Part shown: piece after piece, positions 1-10,364 of the stretch
How positions within the stretch are numbered: position 1 is the stretch's first letter
Layout: the number at the start of each line of letters is the position of its first letter
Origin: Squalus acanthias
Taxonomy: Eukaryota
DNA: 64,000 bases
Reading direction: 5' to 3'
NCBI GenBank assembly: GCA_030390025.1
Contig: CM059438.1
Span: 58,406,001-58,470,000 of the forward strand
Notes under the pieces: generated by a model
Databases searched by the model: none
What the model was told of the DNA's origin: nothing
Seen by the model: only the letters and a program-made list of their open reading frames with translations
Translations under genes and position numbers: made by a program

Positions 1-1168
1 TACAGACAGTCTCTGGGGGATGGAGCTGGGTACAGACAGAATGAGGAATGCTGTTGAGTAGAGGCAGAGTCTGGTAATGGAGCTGCGTACAGACAGACTA
101 TGGGAATTGAGCTGGGTACAGGCAGACTCTTGGAATGGAGCTGGGTACAGAAAGATTGGAGAATGGAGCTGGGTACAGTCAGATTCTGGGGAATGGAGCT
201 GGGTACAGACAGACTCTGCGAATACAGCTGTGTACAGACAGACTCTGGGAATGGATATGGTTACAGACAGACTGGGGAATGGAGTTGGGTACATAAAGAC
301 TCTGCGAAGGTAGCTGGGTGCTGACATACTCTGGGAATGGAGCCGGGTATAGACAGTCTCCAGGAATCGAGCTGGGTACAGGAAGACTCTGGGGAATGGA
401 GCTGGGTACAGACAGACTTCTGGAATCGAGCTGGGTATAGACAGACTCTGGGGAATGGAGCTCGGTATAGGCGGACTCTGGGGAATGAAGCTGGGTACAG
501 ACAGACTCTGTGAATGGACCTGGGTACAGGCAGGCTAGGGGTATGGAGCTGGTTACAGACAGACTGTGGGGAATGGATCCTGTACAGACAGACATTGGGA
601 AATCGAACTGGGTACAGACAGACTCTGGGAATACAGCTGTGTACAGACAGACTCTGGGAATGGATCTCGTTACAGACAGACTGGGGATTGGAGCTGTGTA
701 CATAAAGACTCTGCGAAGGCAGCTGGGTACTGACATACTCTGGGAATGGAGCTGGGTACTGACAGAATGGAGAATGGAACTGGGTACAGACAGACTCTGG
801 GGAAAGGAACTGGGTACAGACAGTCTCCAGGAGTCGAGCTGGGTACAGGAAGACTCTGGGGAATGGAGCTGGGTACAGACAGACTTCGGGAATGGAGCTT
901 GCTATAGACAGACTCTGGGTAATGGAGCTCGGTACAGGCGGACTCTGGGGAATGGAGCTGGGTACAGACAGACTCTGGGGAATGGAGCTGGTTACAGAGA
1001 GACTGTGGAACAGAGCTGGATACAGACAGACTGGGGAATCGAGCAGGGTTCAGAGAGAATGGGGAATGAAGCTGGGTACAGACAGACTCTTGGAATGGAG
1101 CTTGGTACAGACAGACACTGGGATTGGTGTTGGGTACAGACGGACTCTGGGGAATGCAGCTGGTTACA
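1..1168 (+). repeat. 28-30 bp satellite array, segment before LINE copy 1
   Basis: Continuous head-to-tail monomers of GGAATGGAGCTGGGTACAGACAGAC(TC)TG(G) with scattered substitutions; ends at ...GCAGCTGGTTACA (1168), where the LINE tail begins. Confidence 0.97.
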
Positions 1169-1258
1169 TAGAAACATAGAAGATAGGAGCAGGAGTAGGC
1201 CATTCGGCCCCTCGAGCCTGCTCCGCCATTCGATGAGATCATGGCTGATCATCTAAAC
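1166..1258 (-). other. LINE 3' UTR with stem-loop and 8-bp terminal repeat (copy 1)
   Basis: Inverted repeat GGAGCAGG (1186-1193) / CCTGCTCC (1217-1224) encloses GGCC-ATTC-GGCC (1198-1209). ACATAGAA x2 at 1166-1181 reads (TTCTATGT)2 on the element strand. A short UTR, hairpin and octamer tail are typical of CR1 elements. Confidence 0.88.
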
Positions 1259-1993
1259 TCAGTACCCTGTACCTGCCTTCTCCCCATATCCCTTGATACC
1301 TTTAGCTATAAGAAATATATCTAACTCATCCTTGAATATATTTAATGACTTCGCCTCAACTACCTTCTGTGGTAGAGAATTCCACAGGTTCACCACTCTC
1401 TGGGTGAAGAAATTCTTCCTCTTTTCTGTCCTAAATGGTTTACCCGTTATCTGTAGATTATGACCCCTGCTTCTGGACTCTCCGACCATCGTGAACATTC
1501 TTCCTGCATCTAGTTTGTCCAGACCTGTCAGAATTTTATATGTTTCGATGAGATCCCCTCTCATTCTTCTATACTCCAGTGAGTATACGCCCAATCGACC
1601 CAATCTCTCCTCATATGTCATTCCTGCCATCCCAGGTATCAGCCTTGTGAATCTTCGCTGAACTCCTTCCATGGCAAGAACATCCTTCCTCAGATAAGGC
1701 GACCAAAACTGCACACAGTACTCAAGGTGTGGTCTCACCAAGGCCCTGTACAACTGCAGCAGGACATCCCTTTTCCTATACTCAAACCCTTTCGCTATGA
1801 AGGCCAACATACCATTTGCCTTCTTCACCGCCTGCTGCACCTGCATGCTTACTTTCAGCGACTGGTGCACAAGGACACCCAGGTCTCGTTGCACTTCCCC
1901 TTCTCCCAATCTATTGCCATTCAGATAATAGTCTGCCTTTCTGTTTTTGACACCAAAGTGGATAACCTCGCATTTATCCACATTATACTGCAT
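1259..1993 (-). pseudogene. CR1 ORF2 C-terminal fragment (post-RT-core region, 244 aa), copy 1
   Basis: Starts MQYNVDKCEVIHFG (the W-Q-M-x-F/Y-N-x-x-K-C motif after the RT core) and runs open to a TGA stop just before the 3' UTR. Confidence 0.9.
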
Positions 1994-2942
1994 ATACCCT
2001 AGGATGCAGATTATCAGGCCCTGGGGATTTATCGGCCTTCAATACCGTCAATTTCCCTAACACCATTTCCCTGCAAATACTGATTTCTTTCAGTTCCTCC
2101 CTTTCATCAGACCGTATGTTCTCCAACATCTCTGGGAGGTTATTTGTGTCCTCCTTTGTGAAGACAGAACCAAAATATGCATTTAATTGGGCTGCCATTT
2201 CTTTGTTCCCCATTATAACTTCCCCCGCTTCTGACTGCAAGGGACCTACACTTGATTTCACTAATCTTTTTCTCTTCACATATCTATAAAAGCTCTTACA
2301 GTCAGTTTTTATGTTCCCAGCAAGCTTACTTTCATATTCTATTTTCCCCTTCTTAATTAATCCCTTTGTCCTCCTTTGTTGAATCCTAAACTGCTCCCAA
2401 TCCTCAGGGCTACCGCTGTTTCTGGCCAATTTATATGCCCTCTCCTTGGATCTTATGCTATCCCTAATTTCCCTTGTTAGCCACGGTTGAGTCACCCTTT
2501 TTGTTTTATTCTTATGCCACACTGGGATGTACAAATTCTGTAGTTCATCCATGCAGTCTTTGAATGTTTGCCATTGCCTATCCATCGTCAACCCCTTGAG
2601 TGACATTCCCCAATCAATCCTACCCAATTCGCGCCTCATACCATCGTAGTTTCCTTTATTTAAATTCAGGACCCTAGTCTCTGATTCAACTACTTCACTC
2701 TCCATGCTAATGAAGAATTCTATCATATTATGATCACTCTGACCCAAGGGGCCTCGTACAACAAGATTGCTAATTAATCCTTTCTCGTTGCATAATACCC
2801 AGTCTAAGATGGCCTGATCTCTGGTTGGTTCCTCGACATATTGTTCCAGAAAACAATCTCGTAAACATTCTAGGAATTCCTCCTCCACAGTATTTTTACT
2901 AATTTGGTTAGCCCAATCTATATGTAAATTAAAGTCACCCAT
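1983..2942 (-). pseudogene. CR1 ORF2 fragment: C-terminal half of APE endonuclease plus linker (319 aa), copy 1
   Basis: MGDFN...PTRDQAILDWV...LGQSDHNMIEF endonuclease motifs, then NKGNYDGMR, QPWLT, LNAYFGSVFT, KSPGPDNLHPRV; the stop follows three residues after the deletion junction. Confidence 0.9.
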
Positions 2943-2944
2943 GA

Positions 2945-3115
2945 TGTGCCCTTACTGCATGCTTCTCTAATTTCCCTTTTAATGCCGTCCCCAACCTCCG
3001 TATTACTGTTTGGAGGTCTATATACCACTCCCACTAACGTTTTCTGCCCCTTGTTATTTCTCAGTTCTACCCATACAGATTCCGCATTATCAGAGCTAAT
3101 ATCCTTCCTTTCAAT
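2945..3115 (-). pseudogene. Out-of-frame upstream endonuclease fragment of CR1 ORF2, copy 1 (not in the ORF track; also at 6568-6738, 10193-10363, 13759-13929)
   Basis: Manual translation: IERKDISSDNAESVWVELRNNKGQKTLVGVVYRPPNSNTEVGDGIKREIREACSKGT, then 2 leftover bases (TC) before ATG GGT GAC TTT (MGDF). Confidence 0.88.
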
Positions 3116-3116
3116 T

Positions 3117-4793
3117 GACAGACTGGGAAACGGAGCTGGATACAGACAGACTGGGGAATAGAGTACAGACAGATTCTGGGAATGGAGCTCGGTACAGATA
3201 GACTCTTGGGAATGGAGCTGGGTACAGAAGACTGGGGAATAGAGCTGGGTACAGACAGACTTTGGGGAATGGAGCTGGGTACAGACAGTCTCTGGGGGAT
3301 GGAGCTGTGTACAGACAGACTGAGGAATGGAGTTGTGTAGAGGCAGAGTCTGGGAATGGATCTGGGTACAGACAGAATTTGGGAATGGAGCTGGGTACAG
3401 ACAGACTGAGGAATGGCGTTGAGTAGAGGCAGAGTTTGTGAATGGAGCTGGGTACAGACAGACTATTGGAATGGATCTGGGTACAGACAGACTCTTGGAA
3501 TGCTGCTGGGTACAGAAAGACTCTGGTAAAGGAGCTGGGTACAGACAGACTGGAGAATGGAGCTGGGTACAGTCAGATTCTGGGGAATGGAGCTGGGTAC
3601 AGACAGACTCTGGGGAATGGATCCTGTACAGACAGACATTGGGAAATCAAACTGGGTACAGACAGACTCTGGGAATACAGCTGTGTACAGACAGACTCTG
3701 GGAATGGATCTCGTTACAGACAGACTGGGGAATGGAGCTGGGTACAGACAGACTCTGCGAAGGGAGCTGGGTACTGACATACACTGGGAATGTATCTGGT
3801 TACAGACAGACTGGAGAATGGAACTGGGTACAGACAGACTCTGCGAATACAGCTGTGTACAGACAGACTCTGGGAATGGATATGGTTACAGACAGACTGG
3901 GGAATGGAGTTGGGTACATAAAGACTCTGCGAAGGTAGCTGGGTGCTGACATACTCTGGGAATGGAGCCGGGTATAGACAGTCTCCAGGAATCGAGCTGG
4001 GTACAGGAAGACTCTGGGGAATGGAGCTGGGTACAGACAGACTTCTGGAATCGAGCTGGGTATAGACAGACTCTGGGGAATGGAGCTCGGTATAGGCGGA
4101 CTCTGGGGAATGAAGCTGGGTACAGACAGACTCTGTGAATGGACCTGGGTACAGGCAGGCTAGGGGTATGGAGCTGGTTACAGACAGACTGTGGGGAATG
4201 GATCCTGTACAGACAGACATTGGGAAATCGAACTGGGTACAGACAGACTCTGGGAATACAGCTGTGTACAGACAGACTCTGGGAATGGATCTCGTTACAG
4301 ACAGACTGGGGATTGGAGCTGTGTACATAAAGACTCTGCGAAGGCAGCTGGGTACTGACATACTCTGGGAATGGAGCTGGGTACTGACAGAATGGAGAAT
4401 GGAACTGGGTACAGACAGACTCTGGGGAAAGGAACTGGGTACAGACAGTCTCCAGGAGTCGAGCTGGGTACAGGAAGACTCTGGGGAATGGAGCTGGGTA
4501 CAGACAGACTTCGGGAATGGAGCTTGCTATAGACAGACTCTGGGTAATGGAGCTCGGTACAGGCGGACTCTGGGGAATGGAGCTGGGTACAGACAGACTC
4601 TGGGGAATGGAGCTGGTTACAGAGAGACTGTGGAACAGAGCTGGATACAGACAGACTGGGGAATCGAGCAGGGTTCAGAGAGAATGGGGAATGAAGCTGG
4701 GTACAGACAGACTCTTGGAATGGAGCTTGGTACAGACAGACACTGGGATTGGTGTTGGGTACAGACGGACTCTGGGGAATGCAGCTGGTTACA
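3117..4793 (+). repeat. 28-30 bp satellite spacer of composite unit (between LINE copies 1 and 2)
   Basis: About 58 monomers of the same consensus; near-identical to the next spacers. Confidence 0.97.
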
Positions 4794-4883
4794 TAGAAAC
4801 ATAGAAGATAGGAGCAGGAGTAGGCCATTCGGCCCCTCGAGCCTGCTCCGCCATTCGATGAGATCATGGCTGATCATCTAAAC

Positions 4884-5618
4884 TCAGTACCCTGTACCTG
4901 CCTTCTCCCCATATCCCTTGATACCTTTAGCTATAAGAAATATATCTAACTCATCCTTGAATATATTTAATGACTTCGCCTCAACTACCTTCTGTGGTAG
5001 AGAATTCCACAGGTTCACCACTCTCTGGGTGAAGAAATTCTTCCTCTTTTCTGTCCTAAATGGTTTACCCGTTATCTGTAGATTATGACCCCTGCTTCTG
5101 GACTCTCCGACCATCGTGAACATTCTTCCTGCATCTAGTTTGTCCAGACCTGTCAGAATTTTATATGTTTCGATGAGATCCCCTCTCATTCTTCTATACT
5201 CCAGTGAGTATACGCCCAATCGACCCAATCTCTCCTCATATGTCATTCCTGCCATCCCAGGTATCAGCCTTGTGAATCTTCGCTGAACTCCTTCCATGGC
5301 AAGAACATCCTTCCTCAGATAAGGCGACCAAAACTGCACACAGTACTCAAGGTGTGGTCTCACCAAGGCCCTGTACAACTGCAGCAGGACATCCCTTTTC
5401 CTATACTCAAACCCTTTCGCTATGAAGGCCAACATACCATTTGCCTTCTTCACCGCCTGCTGCACCTGCATGCTTACTTTCAGCGACTGGTGCACAAGGA
5501 CACCCAGGTCTCGTTGCACTTCCCCTTCTCCCAATCTATTGCCATTCAGATAATAGTCTGCCTTTCTGTTTTTGACACCAAAGTGGATAACCTCGCATTT
5601 ATCCACATTATACTGCAT
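4884..5618 (-). pseudogene. CR1 ORF2 C-terminal fragment (244 aa), copy 2
   Basis: Protein identical to copy 1 in the ORF track. Confidence 0.9.
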
Positions 5619-6565
5619 ATACCCTAGGATGCAGATTATCAGGCCCTGGGGATTTATCGGCCTTCAATACCGTCAATTTCCCTAACACCATTTCCCTGCA
5701 AATACTGATTTCTTTCAGTTCCTCCCTTTCATCAGACCGTATGTTCTCCAACATCTCTGGGAGGTTATTTGTGTCCTCCTTTGTGAAGACAGAACCAAAA
5801 TATGCATTTAATTGGGCTGCCATTTCTTTGTTCCCCATTATAACTTCCCCCGCTTCTGACTGCAAGGGACCTACACTTGATTTCACTAATCTTTTTCTCT
5901 TCACATATCTATAAAAGCTCTTAGTCAGTTTTTATGTTCCCAGCAAGCTTACTTTCATATTCTATTTTCCCCTTCTTAATTAATCCCTTTGTCCTCCTTT
6001 GTTGAATCCTAAACTGCTCCCAATCCTCAGGGCTACCGCTGTTTCTGGCCAATTTATATGCCCTCTCCTTGGATCTTATGCTATCCCTAATTTCCCTTGT
6101 TAGCCACGGTTGAGTCACCCTTTTTGTTTTATTCTTATGCCACACTGGGATGTACAAATTCTGTAGTTCATCCATGCAGTCTTTGAATGTTTGCCATTGC
6201 CTATCCATCGTCAACCCCTTGAGTGACATTCCCCAATCAATCCTACCCAATTCGCGCCTCATACCATCGTAGTTTCCTTTATTTAAATTCAGGACCCTAG
6301 TCTCTGATTCAACTACTTCACTCTCCATGCTAATGAAGAATTCTATCATATTATGATCACTCTGACCCAAGGGGCCTCGTACAACAAGATTGCTAATTAA
6401 TCCTTTCTCGTTGCATAATACCCAGTCTAAGATGGCCTGATCTCTGGTTGGTTCCTCGACATATTGTTCCAGAAAACAATCTCGTAAACATTCTAGGAAT
6501 TCCTCCTCCACAGTATTTTTACTAATTTGGTTAGCCCAATCTATATGTAAATTAAAGTCACCCAT
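5608..6565 (-). pseudogene. CR1 ORF2 endonuclease/linker fragment, copy 2, split by a frameshift into 214 aa + 98 aa
   Basis: The 2-bp deletion creates TAA at 5923-5921 after ...GNIKTD; the remainder continues in another frame (5608-5904). Confidence 0.9.
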
Positions 6566-6739
6566 GATGTGCCCTTACTGCATGCTTCTCTAATTTCCCT
6601 TTTAATGCCGTCCCCAACCTCCGTATTACTGTTTGGAGGTCTATATACCACTCCCACTAACGTTTTCTGCCCCTTGTTATTTCTCAGTTCTACCCATACA
6701 GATTCCGCATTATCAGAGCTAATATCCTTCCTTTCAATT

Positions 6740-8416
6740 GACAGACTGGGAAACGGAGCTGGATACAGACAGACTGGGGAATAGAGTACAGACAGATTCT
6801 GGGAATGGAGCTCGGTACAGATAGACTCTTGGGAATGGAGCTGGGTACAGAAGACTGGGGAATAGAGCTGGGTACAGACAGACTTTGGGGAATGGAGCTG
6901 GGTACAGACAGTCTCTGGGGGATGGAGCTGTGTACAGACAGACTGAGGAATGGAGTTGTGTAGAGGCAGAGTCTGGGAATGGATCTGGGTACAGACAGAA
7001 TTTGGGAATGGAGCTGGGTACAGACAGACTGAGGAATGGCGTTGAGTAGAGGCAGAGTTTGTGAATGGAGCTGCGTACAGACAGACTATTGGAATGGATC
7101 TGGGTACAGACAGACTCTTGGAATGCTGCTGGGTACAGAAAGACTCTGGTAAAGGAGCTGGGTACAGACAGACTGGAGAATGGAGCTGGGTACAGTCAGA
7201 TTCTGGGGAATGGAGCTGGGTACAGACAGACTCTGGGGAATGGATCCTGTACAGACAGACATTGGGAAATCAAACTGGGTACAGACAGACTCTGGGAATA
7301 CAGCTGTGTACAGACAGACTCTGGGAATGGATCTCGTTACAGACAGACTGGGGAATGGAGCTGGGTACAGACAGACTCTGCGAAGGGAGCTGGGTACTGA
7401 CATACACTGGGAATGTATCTGGTTACAGACAGACTGGAGAATGGAACTGGGTACAGACAGACTCTGCGAATACAGCTGTGTACAGACAGACTCTGGGAAT
7501 GGATATGGTTACAGACAGACTGGGGAATGGAGTTGGGTACATAAAGACTCTGCGAAGGTAGCTGGGTGCTGACATACTCTGGGAATGGAGCCGGGTATAG
7601 ACAGTCTCCAGGAATCGAGCTGGGTACAGGAAGACTCTGGGGAATGGAGCTGGGTACAGACAGACTTCTGGAATCGAGCTGGGTATAGACAGACTCTGGG
7701 GAATGGAGCTCGGTATAGGCGGACTCTGGGGAATGAAGCTGGGTACAGACAGACTCTGTGAATGGACCTGGGTACAGGCAGGCTAGGGGTATGGAGCTGG
7801 TTACAGACAGACTGTGGGGAATGGATCCTGTACAGACAGACATTGGGAAATCGAACTGGGTACAGACAGACTCTGGGAATACAGCTGTGTACAGACAGAC
7901 TCTGGGAATGGATCTCGTTACAGACAGACTGGGGATTGGAGCTGTGTACATAAAGACTCTGCGAAGGCAGCTGGGTACTGACATACTCTGGGAATGGAGC
8001 TGGGTACTGACAGAATGGAGAATGGAACTGGGTACAGACAGACTCTGGGGAAAGGAACTGGGTACAGACAGTCTCCAGGAGTCGAGCTGGGTACAGGAAG
8101 ACTCTGGGGAATGGAGCTGGGTACAGACAGACTTCGGGAATGGAGCTTGCTATAGACAGACTCTGGGTAATGGAGCTCGGTACAGGCGGACTCTGGGGAA
8201 TGGAGCTGGGTACAGACAGACTCTGGGGAATGGAGCTGGTTACAGAGAGACTGTGGAACAGAGCTGGATACAGACAGACTGGGGAATCGAGCAGGGTTCA
8301 GAGAGAATGGGGAATGAAGCTGGGTACAGACAGACTCTTGGAATGGAGCTTGGTACAGACAGACACTGGGATTGGTGTTGGGTACAGACGGACTCTGGGG
8401 AATGCAGCTGGTTACA
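6740..8416 (+). repeat. 28-30 bp satellite spacer (between LINE copies 2 and 3)
   Basis: Near-identical to 3117-4793; differs at 7074 (C versus G). Confidence 0.97.
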
Positions 8417-8506
8417 TAGAAACATAGAAGATAGGAGCAGGAGTAGGCCATTCGGCCCCTCGAGCCTGCTCCGCCATTCGATGAGATCATGGCTGATCAT
8501 CTAAAC

Positions 8507-9241
8507 TCAGTACCCTGTACCTGCCTTCTCCCCATATCCCTTGATACCTTTAGCTATAAGAAATATATCTAACTCATCCTTGAATATATTTAATGACTTC
8601 GCCTCAACTACCTTCTGTGGTAGAGAATTCCACAGGTTCACCACTCTCTGGGTGAAGAAATTCTTCCTCTTTTCTGTCCTAAATGGTTTACCCGTTATCT
8701 GTAGATTATGACCCCTGCTTCTGGACTCTCCGACCATCGTGAACATTCTTCCTGCATCTAGTTTGTCCAGACCTGTCAGAATTTTATATGTTTCGATGAG
8801 ATCCCCTCTCATTCTTCTATACTCCAGTGAGTATACGCCCAATCGACCCAATCTCTCCTCATATGTCATTCCTGCCATCCCAGGTATCAGCCTTGTGAAT
8901 CTTCGCTGAACTCCTTCCATGGCAAGAACATCCTTCCTCAGATAAGGCGACCAAAACTGCACACAGTACTCAAGGTGTGGTCTCACCAAGGCCCTGTACA
9001 ACTGCAGCAGGACATCCCTTTTCCTATACTCAAACCCTTTCGCTATGAAGGCCAACATACCATTTGCCTTCTTCACTGCCTGCTGCACCTGCATGCTTAC
9101 TTTCAGCGACTGGTGCACAAGGACACCCAGGTCTCGTTGCACTTCCCCTTCTCCCAATCTATTGCCATTCAGATAATAGTCTGCCTTTCTGTTTTTGACA
9201 CCAAAGTGGATAACCTCGCATTTATCCACATTATACTGCAT
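8507..9241 (-). pseudogene. CR1 ORF2 C-terminal fragment (244 aa), copy 3
   Basis: Protein identical to copy 1; the change at 9077 is synonymous. Confidence 0.9.
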
Positions 9242-10190
9242 ATACCCTAGGATGCAGATTATCAGGCCCTGGGGATTTATCGGCCTGCAATACCGTCAAT
9301 TTCCCTAACACCATTTCCCTGCAAATACTGATTTCTTTCAGTTCCTCCCTTTCATCAGACCGTATGTTCTCCAACATCTCTGGGAGGTTATTTGTGTCCT
9401 CCTTTGTGAAGACAGAACCAAAATATGCATTTAATTGGGCTGCCATTTCTTTGTTCCCCATTATAACTTCCCCCGCTTCTGACTGCAAGGGACCTACACT
9501 TGATTTCACTAATCTTTTTCTCTTCACATATCTATAAAAGCTCTTACAGTCAGTTTTTATGTTCCCAGCAAGCTTACTTTCATATTCTATTTTCCCCTTC
9601 TTAATTAATCCCTTTGTCCTCCTTTGTTGAATCCTAAACTGCTCCCAATCCTCAGGGCTACCGCTGTTTCTGGCCAATTTATATGCCCTCTCCTTGGATC
9701 TTATGCTATCCCTAATTTCCCTTGTTAGCCACGGTTGAGTCACCCTTTTTGTTTTATTCTTATGCCACACTGGGATGTACAAATTCTGTAGTTCATCCAT
9801 GCAGTCTTTGAATGTTTGCCATTGCCTATCCATCGTCAACCCCTTGAGTGACATTCCCCAATCAATCCTACCCAATTCGCGCCTCATACCATCGTAGTTT
9901 CCTTTATTTAAATTCAGGACCCTAGTCTCTGATTCAACTACTTCACTCTCCATGCTAATGAAGAATTCTATCATATTATGATCACTCTGACCCAAGGGGC
10001 CTCGTACAACAAGATTGCTAATTAATCCTTTCTCGTTGCATAATACCCAGTCTAAGATGGCCTGATCTCTGGTTGGTTCCTCGACATATTGTTCCAGAAA
10101 ACAATCTCGTAAACATTCTAGGAATTCCTCCTCCACAGTATTTTTACTAATTTGGTTAGCCCAATCTATATGTAAATTAAAGTCACCCAT
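9231..10190 (-). pseudogene. CR1 ORF2 endonuclease/linker fragment (319 aa), copy 3
   Basis: As copy 1 except K>Q (VLQADK). Confidence 0.9.
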
Positions 10191-10364
10191 GATGTGCCCT
10201 TACTGCATGCTTCTCTAATTTCCCTTTTAATGCCGTCCCCAACCTCCGTATTACTGTTTGGAGGTCTATATACCACTCCCACTAACGTTTTCTGCCCCTT
10301 GTTATTTCTCAGTTCTACCCATACAGATTCCGCATTATCAGAGCTAATATCCTTCCTTTCAATT

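Larger units (their letters stand above)
1166..3116 (-). mobile_element. CR1-clade non-LTR retrotransposon (LINE) fragment, copy 1; 5'-truncated and internally deleted
   Basis: Minus-strand translation gives APE-endonuclease motifs (GVVYRPP, MGDFN, SDH), the linker ending KSPGPDNLHPRV, and the CR1 ORF2 C-terminus (LYRALVRPHLEYCVQFWSPY, RMRGDLIETYKI, FFTQRVVNLWNSLP), followed by a short 3' UTR and (TTCTATGT)2. Confidence 0.95.
4791..6739 (-). mobile_element. CR1-clade LINE fragment, copy 2 (extra 2-bp deletion at ~5923)
   Basis: Same junctions and sequence as copy 1 at offset +3625; TTACAGTC is TTAGTC here. Confidence 0.95.
8414..10364 (-). mobile_element. CR1-clade LINE fragment, copy 3
   Basis: Same junctions as copy 1; two private substitutions noticed (9077 C>T, 9287 T>G). 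Confidence 0.95.

Noticed and set aside
1727..2002. 91-aa plus-strand ORF (and the 71-aa ORF at 2946-3161), each repeated four times
   Set aside because: Antisense shadows of the LINE ORF2 with non-ATG starts and no recognisable motif.
1259..2942. Domesticated two-gene unit (endonuclease plus second protein)
   Set aside because: The endonuclease lacks its N-terminal half, no promoter or splice evidence is visible, and copy 2 is already frameshifted; open frames are explained by youth.
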